Assembly (NCBI GenBank): GCA_007693825.1
Contig: RECX01000230.1
Coordinates: forward strand, 1 to 59,287
DNA length: 59,287 nucleotides
DNA from: Balneolaceae bacterium
GTDB taxonomy: Bacteria; Bacteroidota; Rhodothermia; Balneolales; Natronogracilivirgulaceae
Reading direction: 5' to 3'
The notes beneath the pieces are model-generated. The model worked only from the letters and a program-made list of their open reading frames with translations, did not search any database and was not told the DNA's origin. Of the stretch, positions 18,886 through 28,849 are shown one piece after another. Position numbers and translations under genes: made by a program. Within the stretch, counting starts at the first letter, position 1, and the number at the start of each line of letters is the position of its first letter.

Positions 18886-20688
18886 TTATGCCGTCTCTAT
18901 CTCTTCCTGCAACATATTCGACTGCAGTCGGATCATGTCCGAATACCACCCCTTCCTTCGCATGAGCTGGTGATGTCGCCCTCTCTCTGAAATCCTGCCA
19001 TTTTCCAGCACATAAATCCGATCATAGTAGTCCATTTGTACGAGTCTGTGGGTAATCCACAACGCAGTTCTGGTCCTGGTGACTTGTCGGATGGTCTTTA
19101 CGATCGCTTTTTCAGTGATGGTATCCAGATTGGCGGTAGGTTCATCAAGGATCCAGATGGGTGAATTCCTGAGCAAAGCCCTGGCAATGGCCATTCTCTG
19201 ACGCTCACCACCGCTAAGTTGCTTGCCGTGCTCTCCCAGTTGTGTGTCAAGCCCTTTTTCAAGTCCCTGATACCAGGACCATAAATGGGCATCCTGCAAT
19301 GATTGGAGAAGATCCCCGTCGTCCGCATTTTCCCGGGCTATTTTCAAATTGCTTCGTAGCGTGTCCTGAAACAGATAGGTAAATTGATCCACTACAGCGA
19401 TCATGGCACGGACCCGGTCCGCCGGGATATCCGCAAGCTTATTATCCCCAACAGACACAAAACCCCCGGCAGGGTCGTAAAATTTCAGCAACAGATTGAC
19501 AACCGTACTTTTACCGCTTCCGGAAGGACCGACAAGAGCTGCTTTTTCTCTACTTTGTATAGCAAAGCCAATGCCGTCAAGCACCGGGTTTTCACAATAT
19601 GAAAAACGGACGTTATCAAACACCAGGCTTGCCGCCGCCTGGGCGTTACTGGTTCCAGATTCTTTTGCGGGTCTGTTGTCGTCTTTGTACCGGTCACTAA
19701 GGTCCCGGCCAGTGTGGTCCCGGTCTTCAAATGAAAGCACCCCACCGGTCAATGATAACAGACTTTCAGCCGCTCTCTCTGTAGTTTCCAGATACTGGAA
19801 AGCCGTGCCCAGGTTTTGTGTGGCCTCAAAGGAAGCCATCACGGACAGCACGACCAGCGCCAGCATGACCCCTGAAAGCGTACCGTCAAGGACCAGGGGT
19901 GCTGTTACGAACAGCGCCAAAGCTGCTGCCGAAAAAAGGATCCAGCTGTGCAGGCCGTCATGCAGCCCGGTTACAGCCGATTGCCTGCGCTCCAGCCTTG
20001 ATATCTCACTGCACAGCTCTTTATTACGTTTGATGTATGCATTCTGTAACCCATAAAGGCGGATATCCAGTATTCCCTGACTGTGTTCCACCCACAAGTG
20101 AGACAGCTCACTTCTGAGGTGCCGTTGCCTGGCTCCCAGTCCGCGTGCAAGCCGCCGAACTCCTACAGGTACTGCTACGCCATTCAACAGCAGAAACGCC
20201 AGCGTGATCCAGGCAGCTGCAGGACTGAATGCCCTCAAAAAGAAAAAAGACGTCAGAGTTACAAGAACCGCAACGATAACCGGCGTGAATACGCGAACGT
20301 AGTAGTTTTGAAGCTCGTCAACGTCGGATGTTATCGACGAAAGCAATGAGCCGGAACGGAATCCCAGCAGACGGGACGCGGAAGTTTTGCTCAGTGCCCT
20401 GAAAAAACGGCTCCGCATTTGCAGAAGCAGACGAAACGTGATGTCATGGGATAGCAGCCGCTCTGAGTATCGCAAAACAGCCCTGCTGATGCCGAAAAAC
20501 CGAACGGAAACTATGATGACCATGAGATCCAGTATAGGTGGACGCAGTGCAGCTGCGGAAATCAGATACCCGGAGCTGGCAAGCAGACCAATCCCCGCCA
20601 GTATGGTTCCTGCCCCGAGCAAGACTGCCGCAGTGATCCTCCAGGGATAGCGTTTTAAAAACCGTGATAATGCGAGATGGATATTCAT
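18886..20688 (-). CDS. cydC: Thiol reductant ABC exporter subunit CydC
   Basis: Six-TM domain plus an NBD (GPSGSGKST, LSGGERQR, ILDEPT). Second ABC gene downstream of cydAB. Confidence 0.88.
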   Translation of the reverse strand: MNIHLALSRFLKRYPWRITAAVLLGAGTILAGIGLLASSGYLISAAALRPPILDLMVIIVSVRFFGISRAVLRYSERLLSHDITFRLLLQMRSRFFRALSKTSASRLLGFRSGSLLSSITSDVDELQNYYVRVFTPVIVAVLVTLTSFFFLRAFSPAAAWITLAFLLLNGVAVPVGVRRLARGLGARQRHLRSELSHLWVEHSQGILDIRLYGLQNAYIKRNKELCSEISRLERRQSAVTGLHDGLHSWILFSAAALALFVTAPLVLDGTLSGVMLALVVLSVMASFEATQNLGTAFQYLETTERAAESLLSLTGGVLSFEDRDHTGRDLSDRYKDDNRPAKESGTSNAQAAASLVFDNVRFSYCENPVLDGIGFAIQSREKAALVGPSGSGKSTVVNLLLKFYDPAGGFVSVGDNKLADIPADRVRAMIAVVDQFTYLFQDTLRSNLKIARENADDGDLLQSLQDAHLWSWYQGLEKGLDTQLGEHGKQLSGGERQRMAIARALLRNSPIWILDEPTANLDTITEKAIVKTIRQVTRTRTALWITHRLVQMDYYDRIYVLENGRISERGRHHQLMRRKGWYSDMIRLQSNMLQEEIETA

Positions 20689-20726
20689 GTCTTATTTTTA
20701 CCGTCTGACTTGCAGAGCCCTAATAT

Positions 20727-22583
20727 TCAGGAAGCGTATGCAGATACCATCTGTTCATAGAGTTTACAATTTGCACGTAAATAGGTATGGGTTCCCTGCG
20801 CTGCAATCCGGCCATCTTCAAGGACAAGGATATTGTCCGCTTTTTGAACCGTCGAAAGCCTGTGAGCGATCAGAAAAACGGTTTTGCTGACCATCAGCTC
20901 ATCCAGTGCGCGATTTATCCTGTCTTCGCTTTCGGGATCCAGGGCCGATGAGGGTTCGTCCAGTATCAGTATCGGGGTATCCTTGAGAAGCGCCCTGGCA
21001 ATGGATATGCGTTGCCGCTCGCCGCCACTGAACCGTGCGGCAAATTCGCCGGTTCCGGTAAGATATCCATCCGGCAGCTTTTGAATGAACTCATGCGCTC
21101 CGGAAACTTTAGATGCCGAGACAACCTCCTCGTACGTGGCATTGGGACGTGCTGCCTGAATATTTGCCAGTATCGTATCGTCGAAAAACCAGTTGGTCTG
21201 GTTGACCACCGCCATCTTTTCAAGCCATGCGCCATCATCCGTCTTCGTCGTCGGCATGCCACCCAGCGTAATCCATCCACTGTCAGGTGCAAGCTGACGC
21301 GTAAGCAGTCGCAAGATGGTTGTCTTACCGCTGCCAGTTACACCAACAAGCGCCGTTTTAGTTCCTTTGGGCAACATAAATGAACAATTTGATAACACTG
21401 GATACGATTTGCCCGGATATGTAAATGTGACATTTTCAAAAACTACCGTAACGGACGGGCTTCCTGCCTGCTCTTCTGTTGCCGCGGCTGCTGTTTTATC
21501 CTGTAAATAATCCCGGGATTTTACCGGTTCTGAGTATTCAATTTGTAAAAGCTGTTGAAAATCTGAAGTTTTCTGCACATCAATTCCACCATTAAAGATT
21601 ACTTTTTGAGTCAAAGCATTTGTGTCCAGGATAGCGAAAACCCTTCCCGCCGACTCAGAACCTTCCATGCCGGCGTGATGCTGTGCACCGAACATCCGGA
21701 ACGGGAGATAGTATTCCGGTGCAAGCAGGAGCACAAAAAGGCCGACCTGAAAAACTATATGTCCCTCAATAAGCCGAACACCGATTTCGACGGCAACCAG
21801 GGCTGTTGCAAGAGAGGCAAACAGCTCCAGTACAAAGCCGGAAAGAAATGCAATTTTGAGCACCCCCATGGTGGAAACACGAAAGCGGTTGCTGATGTGC
21901 TCAATTTCTGTGTGTTTCCTGTCCTCCCTGGTGAACAGCTTCAGCGTTCTCAGTCCCTGAACCGCATCCAGGAAATGGCTGCTCAGATAGCGAAGTGTAG
22001 CCCATTGCCTCTGAACTTGCTGTCGGGCACGCATGCCGATAAGGGACATGAATACGGGGATCAGCGGGCCGGTGATCAGCAGGATGAGTCCACTTAGCCA
22101 GTCAATAAGAAAAACGGCAATCACAATTACAACCGGAACAACAGCCATATGAATAGCCGCCGGTATAAAGCGGGCATAGTAGGTGTCCAGTTTCTCCACC
22201 CCTTCCACGGCAGTGGCGGCCAGATCTCCACTGTTCTGGGTTTCGGTCCAGGCGGGACCCAGTTGCTGAATTTTACCAAACAGCTGCTCCCGAAGTCTGG
22301 CTTTTATTTGTGAAGCGGTTTTTTGAGCCAGGATTTCATGGATCCAGAACAGGATACCCCTGACAGCTATAGCTCCTGCAATGAGTACCAGTGCCGGCTG
22401 GACGAGCGCAAGCGGTGTCTGCTGCATGAAGACAGCGTCAATGGCGATACTCAGGCCATGCATCAGCACGATGATGGTCGCCGCTGAAAGAAAACTCAGC
22501 AAGGCCATAAGGACCCAGGGTGTCCGATGTACGAACGCCAGGCGGAACAGTCTCTTATGGCTGCTGCTGTAGTCTGTCATCAA
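20727..22583 (-). CDS. cydD: Thiol reductant ABC exporter subunit CydD
   Basis: TMD plus an NBD (GVTGSGKTT, FSGGERQR, ILDEPS), directly after cydB. Confidence 0.88.
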   Translation of the reverse strand: MMTDYSSSHKRLFRLAFVHRTPWVLMALLSFLSAATIIVLMHGLSIAIDAVFMQQTPLALVQPALVLIAGAIAVRGILFWIHEILAQKTASQIKARLREQLFGKIQQLGPAWTETQNSGDLAATAVEGVEKLDTYYARFIPAAIHMAVVPVVIVIAVFLIDWLSGLILLITGPLIPVFMSLIGMRARQQVQRQWATLRYLSSHFLDAVQGLRTLKLFTREDRKHTEIEHISNRFRVSTMGVLKIAFLSGFVLELFASLATALVAVEIGVRLIEGHIVFQVGLFVLLLAPEYYLPFRMFGAQHHAGMEGSESAGRVFAILDTNALTQKVIFNGGIDVQKTSDFQQLLQIEYSEPVKSRDYLQDKTAAAATEEQAGSPSVTVVFENVTFTYPGKSYPVLSNCSFMLPKGTKTALVGVTGSGKTTILRLLTRQLAPDSGWITLGGMPTTKTDDGAWLEKMAVVNQTNWFFDDTILANIQAARPNATYEEVVSASKVSGAHEFIQKLPDGYLTGTGEFAARFSGGERQRISIARALLKDTPILILDEPSSALDPESEDRINRALDELMVSKTVFLIAHRLSTVQKADNILVLEDGRIAAQGTHTYLRANCKLYEQMVSAYAS

Positions 22584-22588
22584 AGAAA

Positions 22589-23602
22589 TCAGCTCCGCGG
22601 GATGGCATCACGGGTGACACGCTCGCGGAACACCCAGTAACTCCATCCCTGGTAGGCAAGAATGATAGGCACAAATATGATCGCAAGCACCGACATGATC
22701 GTCAGGGTGAGGTCACTTGATGAGGCGTTGTAGATGGTCAGATGAAAGTCCGGATCCAGACTGGACGGCATCACCAGCGGGAACATGCCCTGGAATACGA
22801 CCAGTGAACCGAACACTATCGTTGCCCCGGTGGCGGCAAAAGCGTAGCCAAAGCGGTTGATATTCATAAACACGATGACGGCGAGGAAGGACACTATGGC
22901 TATCATGGGCAGGGTTCCCGGAATAATACCGAACTCTTCGAAAAGAATGGTCTGCCGGTATCCGAGCAGGGCAAAGGTAAGCAGGATGACACCTACGGGA
23001 ATCCACATCAATTTAGCCGTTTTCTCCACCCTGGCCTTAAGCTCATCGGTTGTACGCAAGCTCAGGAAAATCGCACCGTGCAAGGTGAACATGACCAGTG
23101 AAACGAGTCCGCCAAGCAGCGCGTAGGGATTGAGCAAGGCCGGAAGCGTTCCGGTGAAGTTCATATCCTCTCCGATGGGAAGGCCTATCACGATGTTTGT
23201 GAAAGCAACACCCCACAGAAAGGCGGGAAGCACACTTCCCCAAAATATGAAATGATCTGCCGTGAGGCGCCACCACCTCTCTTTCATTTTGCTTCGGAAT
23301 TCAAATCCCACAGCGCGAACAATCAATGCCAGCAGGATCAGGAACAAGGGCAGGTAAAATCCGCTGAAAAGTGTGGCATACCAGTGGGGAAACGCGGCAA
23401 ACATGGCACCGCCGGCTGTTATCAGCCATACTTCGTTGGCATCCCAGAACGGACCGATGGTGTTGATGGTCACCCGGCGGTCCACTTCGTCCTTGCTGAC
23501 AAAGGGCATCAGGATGCCGACTCCGAAGTCAAACCCTTCCAGAAAAAAATATCCGATAAAAAGGACGGCAATTAGTATGAACCAGAATGTTTGTAAATCC
23601 AT
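22589..23602 (-). CDS. cydB: Cytochrome bd ubiquinol oxidase subunit II
   Basis: N-terminus MDLQTFWFILIAVLFIGYFFLEGFDFGVG is characteristic of CydB. 337 aa, polytopic. Confidence 0.93.
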   Translation of the reverse strand: MDLQTFWFILIAVLFIGYFFLEGFDFGVGILMPFVSKDEVDRRVTINTIGPFWDANEVWLITAGGAMFAAFPHWYATLFSGFYLPLFLILLALIVRAVGFEFRSKMKERWWRLTADHFIFWGSVLPAFLWGVAFTNIVIGLPIGEDMNFTGTLPALLNPYALLGGLVSLVMFTLHGAIFLSLRTTDELKARVEKTAKLMWIPVGVILLTFALLGYRQTILFEEFGIIPGTLPMIAIVSFLAVIVFMNINRFGYAFAATGATIVFGSLVVFQGMFPLVMPSSLDPDFHLTIYNASSSDLTLTIMSVLAIIFVPIILAYQGWSYWVFRERVTRDAIPRS

Positions 23603-23616
23603 GATCTCCGCCTCCT

Positions 23617-24987
23617 TTAGTACGTGTGTAAATTGGTTTCAACACCCTCTTCCTCTTCGTGGGCGCCCTGTTTCCCGAAATACCAGACCAGATAGAAGGC
23701 AGCCACGGCAAGAACGCCATAGACAAAGGTGAAGCCGATCATGGTAATCCAGATCGAGTTTTTAAATACCGACGGGGAGACACCGTCAGCGGTCAGCAGC
23801 AATTCATATACCACCCAGGGTTGCCGACCCATTTCAGCCACCATCCATCCGGCCGTATTTGCCAGGAATGTAAGGAAGATCATAACGATGCTGGTTTTCA
23901 GGAACAGACCGTGGTCCTGCAGCTTCCCTTTCCACCAGAGCCATAGTCCCCAGAAAGCCACGATGATGAACAGGACTCCGAGTCCCACCATGATCCGAAA
24001 GCTCCAGTAGACGATGGCAACCGGAGGCAGATAATCCCCGGGACCGTGTATTTCCTCCATTTCGGCCTGGATATCGTTCATGCCCCGCACTTCACTGGTC
24101 ACGTTGTTATGGGCAAGAACAGACAGCATGTACGGCAGCCGTATTTCACGGCTGCTGGTTCCCTCCTGCTGGTTGATAATGGCAAAAAGAGAAAAACCCG
24201 CCGGCTGTTCGGTTTCCCAGAGCCCTTCCATGGCAGCCATTTTCATCGGCTGGGTTTTGACGGTCTCCTGGGCCTGATCATGTCCCGTTGTGGCAGTGAG
24301 AAGACTTGCAACGGCGGTAAAAACCAGAGCGATTTTTGCCGATTTCAGGAAGATCTCGGCCTGCTGATTGCGGATGATCATCCACGCACTCAGTCCGAGG
24401 ACGAACATGCCACCGGTGATGAAACCGCCAAGTATGGTGTGCGGCATCTGAACCAGCAACCGCTCGTTCAGCAAAATGGCGATGAAATCAGCCAGTTCGG
24501 CCCGGCCGCCGACCAACTCATACCCCACAGGCACCTGCATCCAGGAGTTTGCCATCAGGATCCAGACAGCCGAAAGATTGGACGCGATGGCGACAAGCCA
24601 GATACAGGCAAGGTGGACGGCTTTGGGGAGGCGGGTCCACCCGAAAATCCAGAGCCCGAGGAAGGTGGATTCAATGAAAAATGCGGTCAGGGCTTCAATG
24701 GCAAGCGGAATCCCGAAAATATCCCCCACGAACCGGGAATATTCCGACCAGTTCATGCCGAATTGAAATTCCTGCACGATTCCGGTTACAATACCAAGGG
24801 TGAATATGATTACAAACAGCTTTCCGAAATACTTGGTGAGCATTTTGTAATGGATGTCCCCTGTGCGGTAGTAAAACGTTTGAAGAATGGCCACCAGTAC
24901 AGAGAGACCAAGTGTAAGTGGCACAAATATAAAGTGATAGACAGTGGTTATTCCAAACTGCCAGCGTGCCAGTTCAAGAGCTTCCAT
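23617..24987 (-). CDS. cydA: Cytochrome bd ubiquinol oxidase subunit I
   Basis: ARWQFGITTVYHFIFVPLTLG N-terminus and the GWMVAEMGRQPWVVY motif. Confidence 0.94.
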   Translation of the reverse strand: MEALELARWQFGITTVYHFIFVPLTLGLSVLVAILQTFYYRTGDIHYKMLTKYFGKLFVIIFTLGIVTGIVQEFQFGMNWSEYSRFVGDIFGIPLAIEALTAFFIESTFLGLWIFGWTRLPKAVHLACIWLVAIASNLSAVWILMANSWMQVPVGYELVGGRAELADFIAILLNERLLVQMPHTILGGFITGGMFVLGLSAWMIIRNQQAEIFLKSAKIALVFTAVASLLTATTGHDQAQETVKTQPMKMAAMEGLWETEQPAGFSLFAIINQQEGTSSREIRLPYMLSVLAHNNVTSEVRGMNDIQAEMEEIHGPGDYLPPVAIVYWSFRIMVGLGVLFIIVAFWGLWLWWKGKLQDHGLFLKTSIVMIFLTFLANTAGWMVAEMGRQPWVVYELLLTADGVSPSVFKNSIWITMIGFTFVYGVLAVAAFYLVWYFGKQGAHEEEEGVETNLHTY

Positions 24988-24992
24988 AGGCG

Positions 24993-25037
24993 TTTTTTGA
25001 GGTGCGGATGCATGACCAGGTTATTACCTCAAAAAAA
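24993..25037 (-). promoter_or_regulatory. 11-bp inverted repeat (TTTTTTGAGGT ... ACCTCAAAAAA) 6 nt upstream of the cydA start codon
   Basis: Arms at 24993-25003 and 25026-25036 with a 22-nt loop, inside the cydA 5' leader. Confidence 0.4.
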
Positions 25038-25207
25038 CTGCAAAAGCATGAATTTTTTGTGAAGATATCTATGCGCCATGGTACTTTTGATTGATAATTT
25101 TTATGGCATGGTGCATAAAATCTTCAGCCGGGTGGATTCGGCATCCTCACTGAATCAGAAATGCCGAATCCTGCTTATGTTTCAGGATTTTTCCGCGTAT
25201 TCCTGAG

Positions 25208-25300
25208 AGATAACCCAGATGAACCTGGGAAATAATCCACTTGAACCTGTGAGATAACGCTTATAAAACTGGCAAATAACCCACTTGAACCTGTGAGATA
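25208..25300. repeat. Three direct repeats of about 26 bp (AATAAyCCACTTGAACCTGTGAGATA) in the cydA upstream region
   Basis: 25231-25256 and 25275-25300 differ at one base. A degenerate copy, AGATAACCCAGATGAACCTGGGAAATA, lies at 25208-25234. Confidence 0.7.
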
Positions 25301-25355
25301 GTCCGTCAATACCTGCAGAATGATCCATCAGCACAGGAACAGGGACTTCCCGGTC

Positions 25356-26453
25356 TTATCTCAGGGCTACAGGTTCCGGTACCTGCGTCGTATCCGTTTC
25401 GAAGGTATGTGCCATGGCTTCGAACTGATTCATGAAGCGGCGTTTGCTGTATCTTGGGGCAAACTGGGCAAATTCCATCATGTAGAGCCGGTTCTGTTGC
25501 TCATCGAATACAGTATAGTGGAGGAACGGTCCACCCATGATGTCATTGGTCATGCGCCAGGTTCCTCTTGTTTCGAGGGCGGGACGGCCATTGACCTGTG
25601 TCCTGACGGTTTCAATGGCCCGGGGTGCGCGATATTCTGTTGTCACATAGGACTCATCGCGGGTGCCGCGGATGAATTGCCGGTTCAGGCTGTCCCGGAC
25701 TGCGTTGACCCACTCCTGGTCGACATCATCCAGCCCATTCTCCCAATCCTCCTTGTAGGCGAACCAGATCCAGCGGTCATTGTCGTTAAGGTAACGACGC
25801 ATGGATACGAATCCGGTCGTATCCACCCCGATCCGGTAGTCGTGCTGCACCCGGATGCTGAATCCGTGGTTTTCCATCAGGGAATCGGCCAGATGCGCCT
25901 GCTCTCCCCTGCGGTATACCTGGCGCTTCCACCTTTGCCGCTCAACCTGGTCAAGACTGCTCACAATGGAACGCTCCGAATCGAGAATCCTTTGTGCAAG
26001 TGCCTGCTGGTCCGGGGCCGAAAGAAAAAGCGTCCACTGGTCCCGGAACCATCGGTCGCGAAGCGGAAATGCGAAGTTTCGGCCATCGGCGATACGCTCT
26101 TTGATGTCCTCGCTCATAATGGCCCGTATGAACGAACCCACATTGCTTTCTTCATCGATAGGAGCCGCAAATATGGTGTTTCTGAAGCTTTTGGCATAAT
26201 CCAGGTCCCTGTTGGTCCTGATATCCATAAACCGGAGGTTGTATTTTTCTTCCGGACGCGGGAGGGTCATCATTTCCCGGCCGAAAGTAGCCCTGATGGC
26301 TTCCGCGACGGGACCGTCCCATTGCGTAGAGTCCATCACCACCAGTACTTCGGATAAGCCGCCCTGGGCGGTACGCCGGTAGTCCTGGTCGCAGGCAGTC
26401 ACGAAAAGAAGGAGCCCGAGCAGTGCGGTCAGGTAAACAGATAAACGGTTCAT
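25356..26453 (-). CDS. DUF4837-like lipoprotein (hypothetical)
   Basis: The signal plus lipobox MNRLSVYLTALLGLLLFVTAC is read directly from the sequence. The family assignment is from memory of similar Bacteroidota proteins. ATGs at 26468 and 26459 are alternative starts. Confidence 0.6.
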   Translation of the reverse strand: MNRLSVYLTALLGLLLFVTACDQDYRRTAQGGLSEVLVVMDSTQWDGPVAEAIRATFGREMMTLPRPEEKYNLRFMDIRTNRDLDYAKSFRNTIFAAPIDEESNVGSFIRAIMSEDIKERIADGRNFAFPLRDRWFRDQWTLFLSAPDQQALAQRILDSERSIVSSLDQVERQRWKRQVYRRGEQAHLADSLMENHGFSIRVQHDYRIGVDTTGFVSMRRYLNDNDRWIWFAYKEDWENGLDDVDQEWVNAVRDSLNRQFIRGTRDESYVTTEYRAPRAIETVRTQVNGRPALETRGTWRMTNDIMGGPFLHYTVFDEQQNRLYMMEFAQFAPRYSKRRFMNQFEAMAHTFETDTTQVPEPVALR

Positions 26454-26609
26454 GGGCATTATGGGCATGTATTATGTTGCTGGATCAGTTGAATTGTCTT
26501 GTGGATAACGAAATATGCCTGTGATTTATGATATGAGTGAATGCTGCGATCCAGGGGCTGCTTGGACCTGATGATTCGGCAATTCTGCACATATTGGTCT
26601 TGTGGAATC

Positions 26610-27443
26610 TTATGGATGAGTTGATTTTTCACGGATCTGTGAGCCGTATTTCAGCTCCCGCACAAAATCACCTGTCTTTTTGATCCAGTCCGGACCGGGA
26701 TAGATACCGCGGATGTAATCGATCAGCGCACTGCCGACAATAAAACCATCCGTTTCGCTTGAAACGGCCATGGCGTCGGCATGAGACCGGATCCCGAATC
26801 CGACAAGGACCGGATTCCGGGTTACGTTTTTACGAACTCTTTGGATAAAACCTGAAACCGAGCGGCTCACTTCGTCCCCTTCGCGCGTCCCGGTGACACC
26901 AGTGACCGACACGCAATAGACAAATCCACGGCTGGCTCTGTCAATTTCCTGCATCCTGCTGTCGGATGTGTTTGGCGCCACGAGATGTATCGAGTCGATG
27001 CCATGTTTTCGACAGAGATCTTCGATTTCCGGGAATTCACCCGGCGGAACATCCGGAAGAATGATTCCATCTGCGTCCGATGCTTTCGCTTTGCGAAAAA
27101 AAGCATCAAGTCCGTATTGCAAAACGGGATTTATGTAGCCCATCAACACAATGGGTATTTGCGAGGTCTTTCGGATCTCCCTGATCATGCCAAAAATGGA
27201 ATCCAGGTTTACACCTTGCTCGAGAGCCACCTTGCTGGCGTACTGTATCGTTGGTCCATCTGCCAAGGGATCGCTGAAAGGCATGCCCAGTTCCAATATG
27301 TCGGCACCAGATGTTTCCAGTTCCCTGACCAGCGCCACCGTTTCCGACGGATCCGGATAGCCGGCAGTCAGGAACAGGCTCATGATTTTCTCGTGGCCGG
27401 TCCTGGTTTCAAACAGTCTTTCAATTCTTCCTTTGTTGCTCAT
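26610..27443 (-). CDS. trpA: Tryptophan synthase alpha chain
   Basis: LELGMPFSDPLADGPTIQ motif, 277 aa, last gene of the trp cluster. Confidence 0.94.
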   Translation of the reverse strand: MSNKGRIERLFETRTGHEKIMSLFLTAGYPDPSETVALVRELETSGADILELGMPFSDPLADGPTIQYASKVALEQGVNLDSIFGMIREIRKTSQIPIVLMGYINPVLQYGLDAFFRKAKASDADGIILPDVPPGEFPEIEDLCRKHGIDSIHLVAPNTSDSRMQEIDRASRGFVYCVSVTGVTGTREGDEVSRSVSGFIQRVRKNVTRNPVLVGFGIRSHADAMAVSSETDGFIVGSALIDYIRGIYPGPDWIKKTGDFVRELKYGSQIREKSTHP

Positions 27444-27445
27444 TA

Positions 27446-27568
27446 TTTCATCTGTTTATAATTTTTTTAGCACTTCGTGATCTTCGGTTCTATGGCCGGA
27501 ATGATCTCACATGCCAGGATGCAGTCATGCTCCATTGTGTCAACCGGAGGCTGTCATGTTCGGTTCAT
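27446..27568 (-). repeat. Dispersed repeat copy C6, filling the trpB-trpA spacer and overlapping the last five codons of trpB
   Basis: Minus strand reads ATGAACCGAACATGACAGCCTCCGGTTGACACAATGGAGCATGACTGCATCCTGGCATGTGAGATCATTCC...AAATTATAAACAGATGAAA. It is colinear with the nuoA-nuoB copy at 55829-55933. Confidence 0.8.
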
Positions 27569-28774
27569 GAATTTGGAGATGGTTTCCATATCTTTGTCGC
27601 CCCGGCCGGAACAGTTGATCACCACGAATTCATCAGGTTGTGTTTTGGGCATCATGGTGTCCAGATAGGCGATGGCATGCGCCGTTTCCAAAGCCGGAAT
27701 AATACCCTCTTTGGAAGAAAGAAGCTGCACCCCGTCCAGAGCATCACTGTCTGTGACCGCCGCATAGGTAACCCTTCCGGAGTCCCGGAGGAACGAATGT
27801 TCGGGACCTACACCGGGATAATCGAGACCGGCACTTACAGAATGCGCTTCCGCAATCTGTCCGTACTGTGTCTGAAGCAGGTAGCTCAGGGATCCATGCA
27901 ATATCCCCGGGAGCCCGCCGGATAGTGTGGCGGCGTGGCGGGGGGTCTGAACTCCTTCTCCGGCGGCTTCTATTCCGTACAGACGGACATTTTCATATGA
28001 CAGCAAGGGATGGAACATGCCTATGGCATTCGATCCCCCTCCTACACAAGCCAGGACATAATCCGGAAGCCGTCCCTCCTGCTCCAGGGATTGGTCAATG
28101 GTTTCTTTGCCGATCACAGACTGGAACTCCCGTACCATCATGGGGTATGGATGCGGTCCTACTGCCGAACCGATGATGTAGAACGTGTCTTCCACATTGC
28201 TGACCCAGTCCCGGATGGCCTCATTGATGGCATTGCTCAGCGTTTTGGCCCCGGATTCCACCGGCCTGACCTCGGCGCCGAGCAGGCGCATCCGGTCTAC
28301 ATTAAGCTTCTGCCGTACGATGTCCTCCGCACCCATGTAGATGATGCAGGTCATGCCGAAATAGGCACAAACCGTTGCCGTGGCCACACCATGCTGCCCG
28401 GCTCCTGTTTCTGCTATGATCCGGGTTTTCCCCATTCTTCTGGCAAGAAGCACCTGTCCGACCGCATTGTTGATCTTGTGCGCGCCCGTATGGCAAAGAT
28501 CTTCGCGTTTCAGGTAGATCCGGGCTTTCCCAAAATGCTCACTCAACCTTCCGGCATAGGTAAGCGGCGTTTCCCTTCCAACATATTCATGGAGCAGCGA
28601 GGTGAAGTGCTGCTGGAAAGCCGGATCCTTCATCGCTGCAAAGAAAGCCCCGGCAAGTTCATCCAGGGCGGGTATGAGGATTTCAGGCACATATCTGCCG
28701 CCGAACTTTCCGTAAAAACCCCTGTTATCAGGTAAGGAACCGAACCGGGAATCTATTTTTTTCTCAATGTCCAT
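27554..28774 (-). CDS. trpB: Tryptophan synthase beta chain
   Basis: HTGAHKINN (PLP lysine) and GGGSNAIG motifs. Confidence 0.96.
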   Translation of the reverse strand: MDIEKKIDSRFGSLPDNRGFYGKFGGRYVPEILIPALDELAGAFFAAMKDPAFQQHFTSLLHEYVGRETPLTYAGRLSEHFGKARIYLKREDLCHTGAHKINNAVGQVLLARRMGKTRIIAETGAGQHGVATATVCAYFGMTCIIYMGAEDIVRQKLNVDRMRLLGAEVRPVESGAKTLSNAINEAIRDWVSNVEDTFYIIGSAVGPHPYPMMVREFQSVIGKETIDQSLEQEGRLPDYVLACVGGGSNAIGMFHPLLSYENVRLYGIEAAGEGVQTPRHAATLSGGLPGILHGSLSYLLQTQYGQIAEAHSVSAGLDYPGVGPEHSFLRDSGRVTYAAVTDSDALDGVQLLSSKEGIIPALETAHAIAYLDTMMPKTQPDEFVVINCSGRGDKDMETISKFMNRT

Positions 28775-28849
28775 TACTGCATTTTGTATTTATATGTGAC
28801 GTTTTACACGAAATACTTCGATTAATTTCCATTATGTCGCAAATGTGTT

